Below are positions 46,621 through 56,831 of a stretch of DNA of 64,000 nt, one piece after another; positions within the stretch are counted from its first letter, which is position 1; every line of letters begins with the position of its first letter. This DNA is from a virus. The translations under genes were made by a program, and so were the position numbers. The notes beneath the pieces were generated by a model. The model worked only from the letters and a program-made list of their open reading frames with translations. It had not been told where the DNA came from and did not search any database. The stretch lies in IMG/VR virus record IMGVR_UViG_3300028571_002266, positions 104,479 through 168,478 of that record. One strand, given 5' to 3'.

Positions 46621-47010
46621 ATGGATTATCTCTTTCTCTTATCAATATTCATCGCAGGATTTACTTTAGCTACATTTATATTTTTGTTTTATCGCATCTA
46701 TATGCTGAGACACATTAAATTAATTCAATCTCAATATTTGCTTGAAGATCTCGAATTAGCAACTAAAGAACAACTTTTGACTGAATTTCGCAATAGACCA
46801 AACAATTCTTATATTCTCTTAATGCCAATGTCCAGCAAAGAAGAAATGGGAATGAAAATTGAGTTGAATAGCTTCAAGCCTTATGATAGCGTTAATCTTT
46901 TGCATCTGGCCACAACCCTTATTTTCAGAGAAATGAAAAATAAAGGTATGTCAGTCCCAGAATTACCTGCAATAGATGTTCCTTCGACAGAAGACGGATC
47001 ACAACGGTAA
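46621..47010 (+). CDS. single-pass membrane protein
   Basis: N-terminal TM; minus-strand element copy at 46980-47000. Confidence 0.6.
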   Translation: MDYLFLLSIFIAGFTLATFIFLFYRIYMLRHIKLIQSQYLLEDLELATKEQLLTEFRNRPNNSYILLMPMSSKEEMGMKIELNSFKPYDSVNLLHLATTLIFREMKNKGMSVPELPAIDVPSTEDGSQR

Positions 47011-47038
47011 TCATCATTTGTCGCTTTAAGAGGTTAAG

Positions 47039-48181
47039 ATGGAACCCAAAAGGTCTAGAATCTGCTTGAATACTATGGTCGCCAATGAAGCCCATGTAAT
47101 CAAAAGGATGCTTGAATCTTGTTATAATTATATTGACTATTGGATTATTCAGGACAATGGCTCCACTGACGGAACACAAGAAATAATTCGTAACTTCTTT
47201 CAGGATAAGAACATACCCGGATTTCTTTATGAAATTTCTTGGCAGTATCCCGGATATAATCGTGATCATGCTTTACAAACAGCTTTGCAAGCTTCACACA
47301 ACTGTGATTGGATATTGAGAATCGACGCTGATGAGATTTTGCAGGTCGATGATGAACTTGATTGGAAGCTAATCAACGATACAACTATCGAAAGCTTCAA
47401 TATAGTTGCGCTGCAAGGTCAATGCAGTTATCAACGCTGTTGGCTATGGAACTCTAAGCTTCCTTGGAAATTCAAGCATGATAAGCGTCATGAAACCATT
47501 TATATGGACAAAGATAATATAGGCGAAGGATTCCAGAGGGTTTCTCTTTCTCCAAAATTCAAACACTTAATCATGGGTGACGGCAGGACTTGGTTCAATC
47601 CCACTAAGTTTTATTCCGATGCTTTAGAGATAGAGAAGGATCTTTTGTCTGACAGTAAGATGTCTAATGACACATATCATCTTTTCTATATTGGCAAAAG
47701 CTATAGAGATGCAGTTCTTGATCCAAGAACAAAGTGGCCTTTTGGAACAAATCATTTACATGAATGTGCAAGAAGAGCTATATTCTTTTTTGAGCAATAT
47801 TTGAATGTTGTTCATCAATACTCAGAAACTAAAAAGCCGAAGCACATGGATGAAATGGCCTACATGGTTCTAGTTTTCATGGCAGAGTGCCAAAGAATAA
47901 TCAAAGATGATGAGGCTGCTATTTCATTATTGATGCAGGCAGAGCCATTTTGCCCAGAAAGAAACGAACATCTTCTTGAAATTGCACAAATTTATTCTGA
48001 TCATGGTCAAAGAATAGGTTTGCTTAACGCAACAACAAGACTTGTTGGTCAATCAAGAAAGAATCCATTCCCAAGATTTTGTTTCTTCATAAATAATGAA
48101 GCTTATTACGACACAGGAAAATATGTGAAACACCTTCACAGTATTGCTTGTTCTTTCAACAATATTTTGCCAGTAGATTGA
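47039..48181 (+). CDS. glycosyltransferase family 2 with TPR-like C-terminus
   Basis: ICLNTMVANE, D.GSTDGT, RIDADE, HE, FYIGKSYRD, PERNE. Confidence 0.85.
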   Translation: MEPKRSRICLNTMVANEAHVIKRMLESCYNYIDYWIIQDNGSTDGTQEIIRNFFQDKNIPGFLYEISWQYPGYNRDHALQTALQASHNCDWILRIDADEILQVDDELDWKLINDTTIESFNIVALQGQCSYQRCWLWNSKLPWKFKHDKRHETIYMDKDNIGEGFQRVSLSPKFKHLIMGDGRTWFNPTKFYSDALEIEKDLLSDSKMSNDTYHLFYIGKSYRDAVLDPRTKWPFGTNHLHECARRAIFFFEQYLNVVHQYSETKKPKHMDEMAYMVLVFMAECQRIIKDDEAAISLLMQAEPFCPERNEHLLEIAQIYSDHGQRIGLLNATTRLVGQSRKNPFPRFCFFINNEAYYDTGKYVKHLHSIACSFNNILPVD

Positions 48182-48655
48182 TTAGAATGCCTTTCTAAGC
48201 TCATTGATTGTTCTCTCAGCATCAACGTGTAATATTCCAGTTCCTCCCCAGTCATGCCATTCTTGGATGTTACTGGGGAGATCGTCTATTAGTATTTTTC
48301 CTGAACTAGCGTAATATTTTTTCAACTTGCTTTTCTCAACACAGATAATTCTATTTCCAGAAACGCCAATATGATTCTGGCACCATATATTTTTACCTTC
48401 ACATGCTTCTTTTGACTCTGAACATGATGTCAGGATATAAGGTTTATATTCTTTGATAAAATCCCATAGGATTTGACAGTCTTTTGTTTCAGGTAGATTT
48501 GCCCAAAATTCAATTTTTTCTTTGCTTGTGAGCTTGTCGATATAACTGTTGAAGTAGTCTATGAATGTTTCTCCGTTGCTAAGATGAAATCCATATATAT
48601 CACTTAGTTTTCCAGCTAAATCAACAAGAACACCATCTAAATCACAATATATCAT
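48182..48655 (-). CDS. HAD-family 5'(3')-deoxyribonucleotidase
   Basis: IYCDLDGVL, FWANLP, GK..W, ILIDD...NI.EW...GG.GILH. Confidence 0.88.
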   Translation of the reverse strand: MIYCDLDGVLVDLAGKLSDIYGFHLSNGETFIDYFNSYIDKLTSKEKIEFWANLPETKDCQILWDFIKEYKPYILTSCSESKEACEGKNIWCQNHIGVSGNRIICVEKSKLKKYYASSGKILIDDLPSNIQEWHDWGGTGILHVDAERTINELRKAF

Positions 48656-48724
48656 AATTTTTTTTTATTCTCTGTTTACAAATTACCTTAAATTCTATAA
48701 GTTATTATAGGATAAAGCAAATTT

Positions 48725-49003
48725 TTGAAAGGAATCGATGAGATGAAAAACCCATTAGGCAAAAACGTCGATCTTAGACTATGTGTGGTCGATAGCACAT
48801 ATGACAATGAATTGGACGAATGGATGATTGATAAGATTTCTGCAACGGATTCAGTCTTGAAAATTGCAAGTCCAAGTCAAGAAGAAATATGCAGCAAGGT
48901 TAAGCTTTGCAGGAAGAAGCATATTGCTTATGTTTCCAAGAATGACATATTTGTTGTACATCGTGATACCAAACAGCCAATAGTATGCTTGAAAAAAGTT
49001 TGA
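48725..49003 (+). CDS. hypothetical protein
   Basis: ORF track. Confidence 0.5.
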   Translation: MKGIDEMKNPLGKNVDLRLCVVDSTYDNELDEWMIDKISATDSVLKIASPSQEEICSKVKLCRKKHIAYVSKNDIFVVHRDTKQPIVCLKKV

Positions 49004-49042
49004 TTTTTTATCTGAAGAGTTTTCTGAAATAACTGAGATTCG

Positions 49043-49882
49043 ATGCGAATAAGAGATGTGGAGATCAGAGTCACAGACGGAGAACTGGGAATGAACGTCA
49101 AGAAAGTTTGGTTTTACATCCATCGTTTCGATGCCGCTAAAACTGCACATGTAGCCAGAATAATTCTCAAAAAGTACCCTTTCATCAAGCCTACTGTTGA
49201 AGGTGACAAGTGCATCCTTTTGTGCAGCGATATGGGTAAAGATCCATCTTCTTGGGTCATTGAGAAGCTTGTTGAAAATAAAAGGTTTTTGGGGCATTTC
49301 CATTCAGAAAGCAAGAGATATAATGCCGAAAGGCATGAATATCTGACAGAAATGCATCATGCTGCTGTCTGTCGTTTTGGTTTTTTTGACTTATATGACG
49401 TTCCTGACGATTTAGAATTTGCCAATTTTATTGTTGGGAAGTTACAAAACACTCTTTCAGGTCAGCCAGCTTATCTTGCTGAAGAGAATGCTTCTATCAG
49501 CAGTGGTCATAAATTGAATTTTTCAAATGAGATTAAAGTGGAAAGGAGGAAGATGTATATCTATAACCTCGTGAGATTCCACAATTACTCTAAGGAATTG
49601 GCAACATTAACAATTGACCGAAAGTTTCCAGAATGGAAAGATATAAAAATCGAGAAGAAAAAGATCAGTCCTCGTGAGGAAAGAAAAAGGGCTAGAGATG
49701 AGTACAAGAAAGCTTTGGAACTTGCCAAGAAGTTAGCTTTCATGTCGGCGAAAGATAGAAAGAATCATCTCAGTCAAAATAACAACTTGTTTGAATTTTT
49801 ACTTTTCGTTAAGCTTTGCAAGGTAAAGGGCAGAGAGTGGATTTTGGAAAATGTTGGACCTGTTCCCGGAATTGTCGAGTAA
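49043..49882 (+). CDS. hypothetical protein
   Basis: ORF track. Confidence 0.6.
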   Translation: MRIRDVEIRVTDGELGMNVKKVWFYIHRFDAAKTAHVARIILKKYPFIKPTVEGDKCILLCSDMGKDPSSWVIEKLVENKRFLGHFHSESKRYNAERHEYLTEMHHAAVCRFGFFDLYDVPDDLEFANFIVGKLQNTLSGQPAYLAEENASISSGHKLNFSNEIKVERRKMYIYNLVRFHNYSKELATLTIDRKFPEWKDIKIEKKKISPREERKRARDEYKKALELAKKLAFMSAKDRKNHLSQNNNLFEFLLFVKLCKVKGREWILENVGPVPGIVE

Positions 49883-49972
49883 AAAATTAGGTCTGTGATT
49901 GCTTAGACCTGTCTTAATTTGATGGGTTTAAGCAATCTGACCTTCTTTGAAGGCGGCTTATAGTTACTTTAA

Positions 49973-49995
49973 GAAATCCGTTTTCTTTTGATGGA
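49973..49995 (+). repeat. dispersed hairpin element copy (antisense to small minus-strand ORF)
   Basis: GAAATCCGTT-TTCTTTT-GATGGA, 8 nt after TATAGT. Confidence 0.55.
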
Positions 49996-50188
49996 ATACC
50001 AAACTTATATTTTATGGCTAGAATGGCTTCAAGATATTTTTTAATTTCATCTGTTTTTTTGGAGGATAAGTCCAGTTTATTGTCTATAATCATCAAAACC
50101 CTTGTTTTTTGTGCTTGCCTTTTCAAGCACAAATGTTATGTATTATTTTGGAAATATTTTTCAATACAAAAGGAACTATAATTAAATT

Positions 50189-50881
50189 ATGGAAAGAGTC
50201 AGTATTATCGAAGGTAATATTCCAGTTATCGTAGTCGCTCCTCATGGCTATAAGGGAGACGATGAAAATACTGATGTGATGGTTGAAGCCATTGCTTCCA
50301 CTATTGGCTCTTATGCAGTGATTAACAGAGGATGGGAAAGAGGAGAAACTGTAGATATCTTCAAAGATATTGCAGATTGCAACAACATCTATCATTGTCA
50401 AGAAGATGTTGTTCGTGAAGAGTTTTTAGATCCAATCATTAGATTCAAAAACAAAATTCTCAAAACTAATCAAATAGCATATGTTTTTTATATTCACGGC
50501 ATGGGAAATAGACATAGGATAATATCAAAAGATCCTTATCTTGATGTTGTAGTTGGATATGGATCTGGTAAGCCAAATAGTTATTCATGTGATGTGTGGC
50601 AGAAAAATCTTTTCTTGCATTTTATGAATCAATCAGGAATAACTTCTTACGAAGGTAAAGCTGGTGGGCAAATGAGTGGTTGGTCTAGAAACAACCTCAA
50701 TCAGTATTTTCGTAAATGGGATTATGATCCAAATGTTAGTTCAATGCAGGTTGAGGTTGTTTATGATTTAAGACATGATAAGGAATTAGCACTTATTACG
50801 GCAGATTACATTGCTAATGCAATCATGGATTTGTCTACATCAAATGGTTATACTGGAACCGAAGTCTACAGATCTTACTGA
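50189..50881 (+). CDS. N-formylglutamate amidohydrolase-like protein
   Basis: IPVIVVAPHG, D.N, IHGM, MQVE. Confidence 0.5.
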   Translation: MERVSIIEGNIPVIVVAPHGYKGDDENTDVMVEAIASTIGSYAVINRGWERGETVDIFKDIADCNNIYHCQEDVVREEFLDPIIRFKNKILKTNQIAYVFYIHGMGNRHRIISKDPYLDVVVGYGSGKPNSYSCDVWQKNLFLHFMNQSGITSYEGKAGGQMSGWSRNNLNQYFRKWDYDPNVSSMQVEVVYDLRHDKELALITADYIANAIMDLSTSNGYTGTEVYRSY

Positions 50882-51477
50882 TTTTTTCTTATAAATTTTT
50901 TAAGATATTCTTTATCATCTTCTGTCATTTCGATGTATTTTGGCATTCTGTCCAATGTCCAATCACGATTAAAGAAAATGAAATCACTTGCATCTTTGCC
51001 GTTCATGATCATAGTGAAATTTTCGTTTATAAGTAAACCCATTAACCCAATTTTTGATGAGTTTGAATTTAATTTTGCTTGAATTGCATCAATAGCTGTT
51101 TTATTTTCTGATCTAAATTTTTCTAATTCATTTTTTAATTTGCCAACTTCAGCATCAGATATCAATTCTTTTTCTTCAGGCTGAACATTTTCTTTGCTAT
51201 GGAACGTGGACATGATTGAAGACTTTATTTTGCCACCAGTTTTGTCATCATAGATCCAAACTATTGTAATTCCAAGAATTAAAAAAAGAACAAGGAATAG
51301 CCATGTGCCGCTATCTTTAGATTTGTCATCTACAGGTTTGATTTCTACTTTTGGTTCTTCTACTTTTGGTTCTTGCACAGGAACTGGAGTGGATTGGGCT
51401 GATGGTGTAGGTTCAGCCTTAACTTCAGGACTCCCATACTCATTTCTAAGTTCTTTCTCCCAATCTTCTAGTTCCAT
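50875..51477 (-). CDS. membrane protein with coiled coil
   Basis: AAGGAG RBS; central TM. Confidence 0.6.
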   Translation of the reverse strand: MELEDWEKELRNEYGSPEVKAEPTPSAQSTPVPVQEPKVEEPKVEIKPVDDKSKDSGTWLFLVLFLILGITIVWIYDDKTGGKIKSSIMSTFHSKENVQPEEKELISDAEVGKLKNELEKFRSENKTAIDAIQAKLNSNSSKIGLMGLLINENFTMIMNGKDASDFIFFNRDWTLDRMPKYIEMTEDDKEYLKKFIRKNQ

Positions 51478-51519
51478 AGCACTCCTTTAATTTAACTAAA
51501 GTATTTAGTGTTTGTTTTT

Positions 51520-52416
51520 TCATTTTGTAAGATACTCTTTGGCGATAATCACTACCAAGTCAGATAATTTACATGCGCTCTTATTGTTTATTTCTAGAAT
51601 TTCTTCGAGATATGTATCTTTTTCAATGCATCCTCTTGCAACAATAGATTTTGGTAATTCTTTTTCTGGAACTGCAATCATTTCGTCCCCATCTTCAAAT
51701 ATGACCATGTTAAAAAGGCATTGGACTGCATTTGCTGGTTTGGAATTATTTTTATAAATTAAATGAGGCCATGGCTGTTCAAGTTTCAATCTTTCATTTT
51801 CTATAAGAACATGAAGTTTCTTTTTACCTATTTTTTTTCTATTCTCGTCATATGTTCTTCGTAGTTTAGCCACTGAATCAACTGTGAGATTGCTGTGAGC
51901 CTTCAAAGTATTGCAAGTGCTGCACATGGTCTGGAAGTTATCGAGAGTGTCTTCTCCTCCAAAAGCTTTTGCTGTGATGTGGTCTTTTGTGAAAAGAACA
52001 AGTTTGTTGTCTTCTTCGCCATAAAGATTAAAATGTGGGATCATATCAGCAGGATAACATTCAAGTAATAGTTTTTTCCCTTCCAATCCACATGAAACAC
52101 AAAACATGTTATTTTTGAATACATGATATCTGTCTGTATTCATTTTTACTTGATAGATCGTATTCTTGACTTGGTATTCTTTTCTTTCTGGATCATTTGT
52201 TATGAAAGGCATTACTTCATCAAGCGTAAATTCTCCAAGTTTTATTTTTTCAACCTTTGATTTTAACTTATCGAGTTGGAGAATTGTTCTGATGTCATCG
52301 ATTCCCTCTTTCGTGGGAATATCGTCTAGATGTTGTTTTGCTAGTTCCAAAGCTTGTTCATAAGGCAAATCAGATTCAAAGTTAAATATAATTGTGCAGG
52401 TTGCCCTGTATTTCAT
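51520..52416 (-). CDS. HNH endonuclease domain protein
   Basis: CVSCG, TKDHI..K..GG.D.LDN.QTMC..CN. Confidence 0.82.
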   Translation of the reverse strand: MKYRATCTIIFNFESDLPYEQALELAKQHLDDIPTKEGIDDIRTILQLDKLKSKVEKIKLGEFTLDEVMPFITNDPERKEYQVKNTIYQVKMNTDRYHVFKNNMFCVSCGLEGKKLLLECYPADMIPHFNLYGEEDNKLVLFTKDHITAKAFGGEDTLDNFQTMCSTCNTLKAHSNLTVDSVAKLRRTYDENRKKIGKKKLHVLIENERLKLEQPWPHLIYKNNSKPANAVQCLFNMVIFEDGDEMIAVPEKELPKSIVARGCIEKDTYLEEILEINNKSACKLSDLVVIIAKEYLTK

Positions 52417-52820
52417 AATGTCTCTTCGGCCTGAGGCTTCTCTAGAATTTGTTTTATTAGTTGAATTTCCTGTTCTAGTTTTTTATTTGTTTCCAAAACC
52501 TCGTGTTCGAGATTAAGGTCTATTTCTACCAGTTCCTTGATTTCTCTGAATAGAGCCCTGTAAATTGCGTCCTGCTTTACTTCAACTCTTCTTTGAGCCA
52601 TCATGATGAATGGCGCTTGAAAAGCTGCAATCAAGGAAAGAAACAGGTTGAGAAGAATAAATGGATATTCGTCCCAGTGGTAGAATAAATAAATGTTGTT
52701 AGATATAACCCAAATTAGGATTATAAAAAAACCAGATAGAATGAAATTCCAAGAACCTCCGAACTTGGCAACTGCATCACTGACTTTTTCGCCCAAGGTA
52801 CGGCAATCTTGTTCCATCAT
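52413..52820 (-). CDS. DUF1003 membrane protein
   Basis: D.VAKFGGSW.FI, D.YPFILLNL.LS..AAFQAP.IMM.Q. Confidence 0.9.
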   Translation of the reverse strand: MMEQDCRTLGEKVSDAVAKFGGSWNFILSGFFIILIWVISNNIYLFYHWDEYPFILLNLFLSLIAAFQAPFIMMAQRRVEVKQDAIYRALFREIKELVEIDLNLEHEVLETNKKLEQEIQLIKQILEKPQAEETL

Positions 52821-52867
52821 GATCCTTGGTTAGAGATGATATATTTAGCATCTCTAACCAAGAAAAA

Positions 52868-53122
52868 TCAAAGCATCTCATTCATGAAATCTGCTTCAAA
52901 CTGACTTTCAATAAGACGATAAACAATAAGAGCGCATGCCATCGCTCCCATCTTGTCTTTTGTCTTTTTAGACCATTCTCTGATCCATACCGCAACTATT
53001 GGGTTCTTCCTCTTTATTTGCTTGTAAAGCTTCTTGACTAGGGCTGTGTCGTCTTGATTGACGCACTCACCCTCAATCGCAAAACAAGTTTCAGGTTGCA
53101 CAATAGGTAATTCACAAAACAT
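52868..53122 (-). CDS. hypothetical protein
   Basis: AGGAGG RBS. Confidence 0.6.
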   Translation of the reverse strand: MFCELPIVQPETCFAIEGECVNQDDTALVKKLYKQIKRKNPIVAVWIREWSKKTKDKMGAMACALIVYRLIESQFEADFMNEML

Positions 53123-53137
53123 CAGTTCAATCCTCCT

Positions 53138-53596
53138 TTAGCAGCAGTTTGTTCCACATTTTTGTGGCTTTAGACCACACTTATCAGGGGCAAGACAATT
53201 AGTCGAAGTCCTCTTCAACTGGAAAACAATAGCCTGACTTTTCATGGAATTAAAGCCTCCATAAACTATAGCTTCTTCAATTTCATATAGTCCAATTGTA
53301 CTTTCCTCCAACTCAACGAGAACTTCTAAATTTATTGCGGATTTATCATCCAAATGACCAATAATTTTGGAAAGAGTATTTGTCGTTAAACGATGATCGA
53401 AATCATCACCATGCCACAACTGAAGAGTTACATATTCCTTGCTTCTTTTTACGCCACCACAATCAGTAAATGCCTTCTGCACCTTGGCAACTTCCGTGAC
53501 ATGAAAATGAGGACTCACATACTTGCCAGAAGGCAAAAGGAAACTCACATTCACATCTTCATTAGTCAAAAGATTAGACAAAAAATCAAGTTTCAT
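53138..53596 (-). CDS. DUF6428 family protein
   Basis: HFHVTEV, F.DCGG, LQLW, CLAPDKCG, terminal CC. Confidence 0.8.
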   Translation of the reverse strand: MKLDFLSNLLTNEDVNVSFLLPSGKYVSPHFHVTEVAKVQKAFTDCGGVKRSKEYVTLQLWHGDDFDHRLTTNTLSKIIGHLDDKSAINLEVLVELEESTIGLYEIEEAIVYGGFNSMKSQAIVFQLKRTSTNCLAPDKCGLKPQKCGTNCC

Positions 53597-53751
53597 AATT
53601 TTTCCTCCATTAAAGTTTAAGAAAAAAATAAGTATCAGGCAAATTATAGGTTTTTTGCTCAGAGAAATTTAATTCTGCATCTTTACGAATTTAGGAAAAA
53701 ATAATATAATAAGAAGTGTAGATCTAAAAATCATTCTTGATTTGAGAAACA

Positions 53752-54096
53752 ATGCAATATTTAATTCTTCTTGTAGCAGCATTGTTTAATGCTATATCAT
53801 GTTTTATCAGTTACAAGAAAGAATTACATGCTTTCTGGTGGTATGTCCCACTTGGAATATTAGTAGGAAGTGTTTGCAACTATCTTTGGTTTAGCGGCAC
53901 AAAAGTAATTTCAGAGCAAAAGGAAATATATGCCTTTAGCATGATGTATGACTTCACTTTGGTTTTAGTCTATTATTTTTTACCAATATTAATATTTGGA
54001 ATCAAATTCAATAAAATTGGTTTAATCGGAATCAGCATGATGTTCATAGGAATCATGCTGATTAAATTTTCTTCAGCACAAATCAATGGACAATAA
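53752..54096 (+). CDS. 4-TM small membrane protein (SMR/DMT-like)
   Basis: four hydrophobic helices. Confidence 0.55.
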   Translation: MQYLILLVAALFNAISCFISYKKELHAFWWYVPLGILVGSVCNYLWFSGTKVISEQKEIYAFSMMYDFTLVLVYYFLPILIFGIKFNKIGLIGISMMFIGIMLIKFSSAQINGQ

Positions 54097-54300
54097 TTAA
54101 AATTCTGTTTTTAATTTTTTTTGACTTTTTTCACAAAGTGATTTTTTTCGTTTATTCTTACAAAACGAATTTTTTCTAAACCATCATATAAAAATTTATA
54201 AGAAACAAGTATAGACTTGCCTTTATCGAAATAGTCAAGAATATCATCGTTGCAAATCTCAGTCATTTCTTGACTCCATCTGTTGTTTTCCATGATGCCC

Positions 54301-54831
54301 TCATCGTGGTTGTTCTTCTACGATCTCGACTAACTGATTGAGATACAAAGCTGGTCCAATACAATTTTTTGAATCTAGACCAAATTGTTTTTCCAAGTTA
54401 TAAGCTAACCAAATCGTATCTGGTATTTTGGGGTCAAATGATTTGTAAAGATCTGGAGGAACTGTTCTTTTTACCGCAACCCATTTGTTTCCTAAATCAG
54501 TCACAGCATCAGGTTCTTTTCTTCCCATGAATATCCATGTCGGAGTTCCAATCTTCCATCCTTGATGCATAATACGAATTGGACTTTTCGGCACATTAGG
54601 CATGGACAGAACTTCAGTTCCATCTGGCATTAAATGACTACGAATAACTTCATGAAGAATGCCCATTTCTTCTTTTGGCAATTTATCATCAAGATAATGT
54701 TGTGCGATTTCATAAGCTCTATGAATCCACATCGGCTCAAGATTGTTGTCGAGCCTTTTTGATTTATAAAAGTCGCAAATAATAGCAACTTTTTCTTTTA
54801 TTGATGTGGCAGCAATTAAAGATTCTAACAT
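54301..54831 (-). CDS. hypothetical protein
   Basis: ORF track. Confidence 0.6.
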   Translation of the reverse strand: MLESLIAATSIKEKVAIICDFYKSKRLDNNLEPMWIHRAYEIAQHYLDDKLPKEEMGILHEVIRSHLMPDGTEVLSMPNVPKSPIRIMHQGWKIGTPTWIFMGRKEPDAVTDLGNKWVAVKRTVPPDLYKSFDPKIPDTIWLAYNLEKQFGLDSKNCIGPALYLNQLVEIVEEQPR

Positions 54832-54846
54832 TTTATCATTGCACCT

Positions 54847-54880
54847 AAAAAAAGGGGGAAAGCATTGAGCCTTCCCCCTT
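54847..54880 (-). terminator. intrinsic terminator
   Basis: AAGGGGGAA...TTCCCCCTT hairpin with U tract on the minus strand. Confidence 0.75.
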
Positions 54881-54902
54881 ATATTAACAACTTTAGGTTT
54901 TA

Positions 54903-55850
54903 TTATCCACCCAAAATTTCCGCAGCCGCTGCGATTTTTCGCTGAGCCTGTACTGTCACAGAATCATTTGTGGCGAACTTTGCGTAGGCTGGATAGACTA
55001 CAGGTTGAATCAAGCCTAAAACGGCCACAACCTGCTCCACAGAACGGCAATAGGTGGATAGACGATCATAGAATCCAGCCTTGATTTTCACAGAAGCTGA
55101 ACTCACAACCACCAAGGCCTTCTCTTCGTCCGTTAGAGCAGCAGGAGCCTTCCCTTGTCCGTTCCAAAGGACAAGTGCAGTCATTTTTTCACCTGCTAAC
55201 TTTTCTGCTGGAGTGGACTCAATCCACTCCCTGTTTTCACCGTAACGGCCCGAAGTCAATTCCTTGGGACTGCGGAATTCGATGCTTGGCGAAAGATCGA
55301 GTTCGCTTTCAACCAAATTGTTTGCGTCATGAGGATGCAAACCTAAATCAGAAAATATGGTAGCGTAAAATTCTGCTGCATCTTCATCAACTGGAGCTTC
55401 TGGTAGCTTCACCTTGAACTTGTCTGTCATCAAGAACTGAAAAGTGCTATCGATGCTCCCATCCTCTTTGCGGAGGACAACAAGGGGGTTTGAAGGTTTG
55501 CTCTTGTTATCAAACAGCTTCTGGGCCATGACGCTCATAGCATATTGGACGAATTCATCCTTGCTGTTCTCGACACGAGCCATCACTGGTTCGAGGACAG
55601 TCTTGGCAGCAATCCATCTTTGAGCCTGCAATTGAGACTCAGGAGTCAAAGGCATTTCCCATTTCTGGGGCTTGTTGTTTGGCGACGATGACTTACTGGC
55701 AATTTTGGCAAGACCAGCCAAACCAGTTTTCTTGACACCCACAGAGGCAACAGTAGAGGAAATCTGTTGCGAAGAAACAGCACGCTTAGTTGACATGTTA
55801 TCTAACCCTTTGCTGGCACATACTTTGTGAAGGTTGACCTGACTTACCAC
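54903..55850 (-). CDS. hypothetical protein (start probably ~55796)
   Basis: long ORF with own terminator. Confidence 0.65.
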   Translation of the reverse strand: MVSQVNLHKVCASKGLDNMSTKRAVSSQQISSTVASVGVKKTGLAGLAKIASKSSSPNNKPQKWEMPLTPESQLQAQRWIAAKTVLEPVMARVENSKDEFVQYAMSVMAQKLFDNKSKPSNPLVVLRKEDGSIDSTFQFLMTDKFKVKLPEAPVDEDAAEFYATIFSDLGLHPHDANNLVESELDLSPSIEFRSPKELTSGRYGENREWIESTPAEKLAGEKMTALVLWNGQGKAPAALTDEEKALVVVSSASVKIKAGFYDRLSTYCRSVEQVVAVLGLIQPVVYPAYAKFATNDSVTVQAQRKIAAAAEILGG

Positions 55851-55928
55851 ACATTGTGAGTCAGGACCACATCGTTTGCGTCAGCAAAGTGAGTATACTC
55901 GTCTTTTTATTGAATGTAAAGCAAAAAT

Positions 55929-56831
55929 CTAATCATCAATGGAAAGTCCTAATTCTTCGACTTTTTCCCTGATCCATTCCAACCCTTTTTCCTTGAGTTG
56001 TCGGACTCTTTCTTTCGTCACTCCCACCTCATCACTGATTTGTTCGAGTGTCATTTTGTCACGTCCATTTACGCCGAAATATTTTTCGAGTACATATGCT
56101 TGCCTTACTCGATCAGTGCCTATATTCTCACGGACGAGCATTCCAATCAGTCTCTTAATCAGACATTGTCTTGATTCATGGTCCTTTTCATCAGCCTCTC
56201 CAGTGCCTCTATCTTCGATCATTTCTGCACGAGAATCATCAAGAAATGAAACTTTTTCAGATTGATTCATCTTGGTCTTAGCGTCTCTGAAGAAATTCTT
56301 CTTCACGACCCAAGTTGCATATGTGCTGAATCTATGTCCAAGTGTCCAGTTGAAATAGTCAACAGCCTTCAAAACATCGAAATAAGCATCGCTTAACATT
56401 TGTTCAGTGCTGTTTCCATCTTGCATTACATTTTTATGTTTCATGATTTGAGTTGCTAGTCGGAAATTGCATTCAGCGATTTGGTTCCTGACAGCAAGAG
56501 CTTTTCGGTATAAGTGATTGGCAAGTTTATGTTTTGCTTCTAAATGTTTGCAATTGACATTGGAAAATAAATTTTTTGCACGATATTTCAAAAAATTAAG
56601 CTTTTTGAAGAGATGTTGTTCTTGTTGGAAATTGAGGAGAGCAGATTGGTAGCAAGGAAGCATTTCTGGGTTTATTTTATCGGTTTTAATTTTTTGGACT
56701 TTGCTTAGACTTTTCTGAAATTCTTTGTATTCTGGAATTCTTTCCATGATTTTATTACGCTGATTGATATCATCGAAGCTGGCATGGTGAAAGAATTTAA
56801 TTTTTTCATGAACACAATCAGAATTATTCAT
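55929..56831 (-). CDS. sigma-70 factor, RpoD/RpoS-like, planctomycete-type
   Basis: EQHLFKKLNFLKY, RNQIAECNFRL, G.RFSTYATW, TLEQI..EVGVTKERVRQL. Confidence 0.9.
   Translation of the reverse strand: MNNSDCVHEKIKFFHHASFDDINQRNKIMERIPEYKEFQKSLSKVQKIKTDKINPEMLPCYQSALLNFQQEQHLFKKLNFLKYRAKNLFSNVNCKHLEAKHKLANHLYRKALAVRNQIAECNFRLATQIMKHKNVMQDGNSTEQMLSDAYFDVLKAVDYFNWTLGHRFSTYATWVVKKNFFRDAKTKMNQSEKVSFLDDSRAEMIEDRGTGEADEKDHESRQCLIKRLIGMLVRENIGTDRVRQAYVLEKYFGVNGRDKMTLEQISDEVGVTKERVRQLKEKGLEWIREKVEELGLSIDD

Noticed and set aside
1640-49995. CRISPR array or IS/MITE ends for the dispersed element
   Set aside because: Copies are kilobases apart with no spacer periodicity; no cas gene, transposase or target-site duplication seen.
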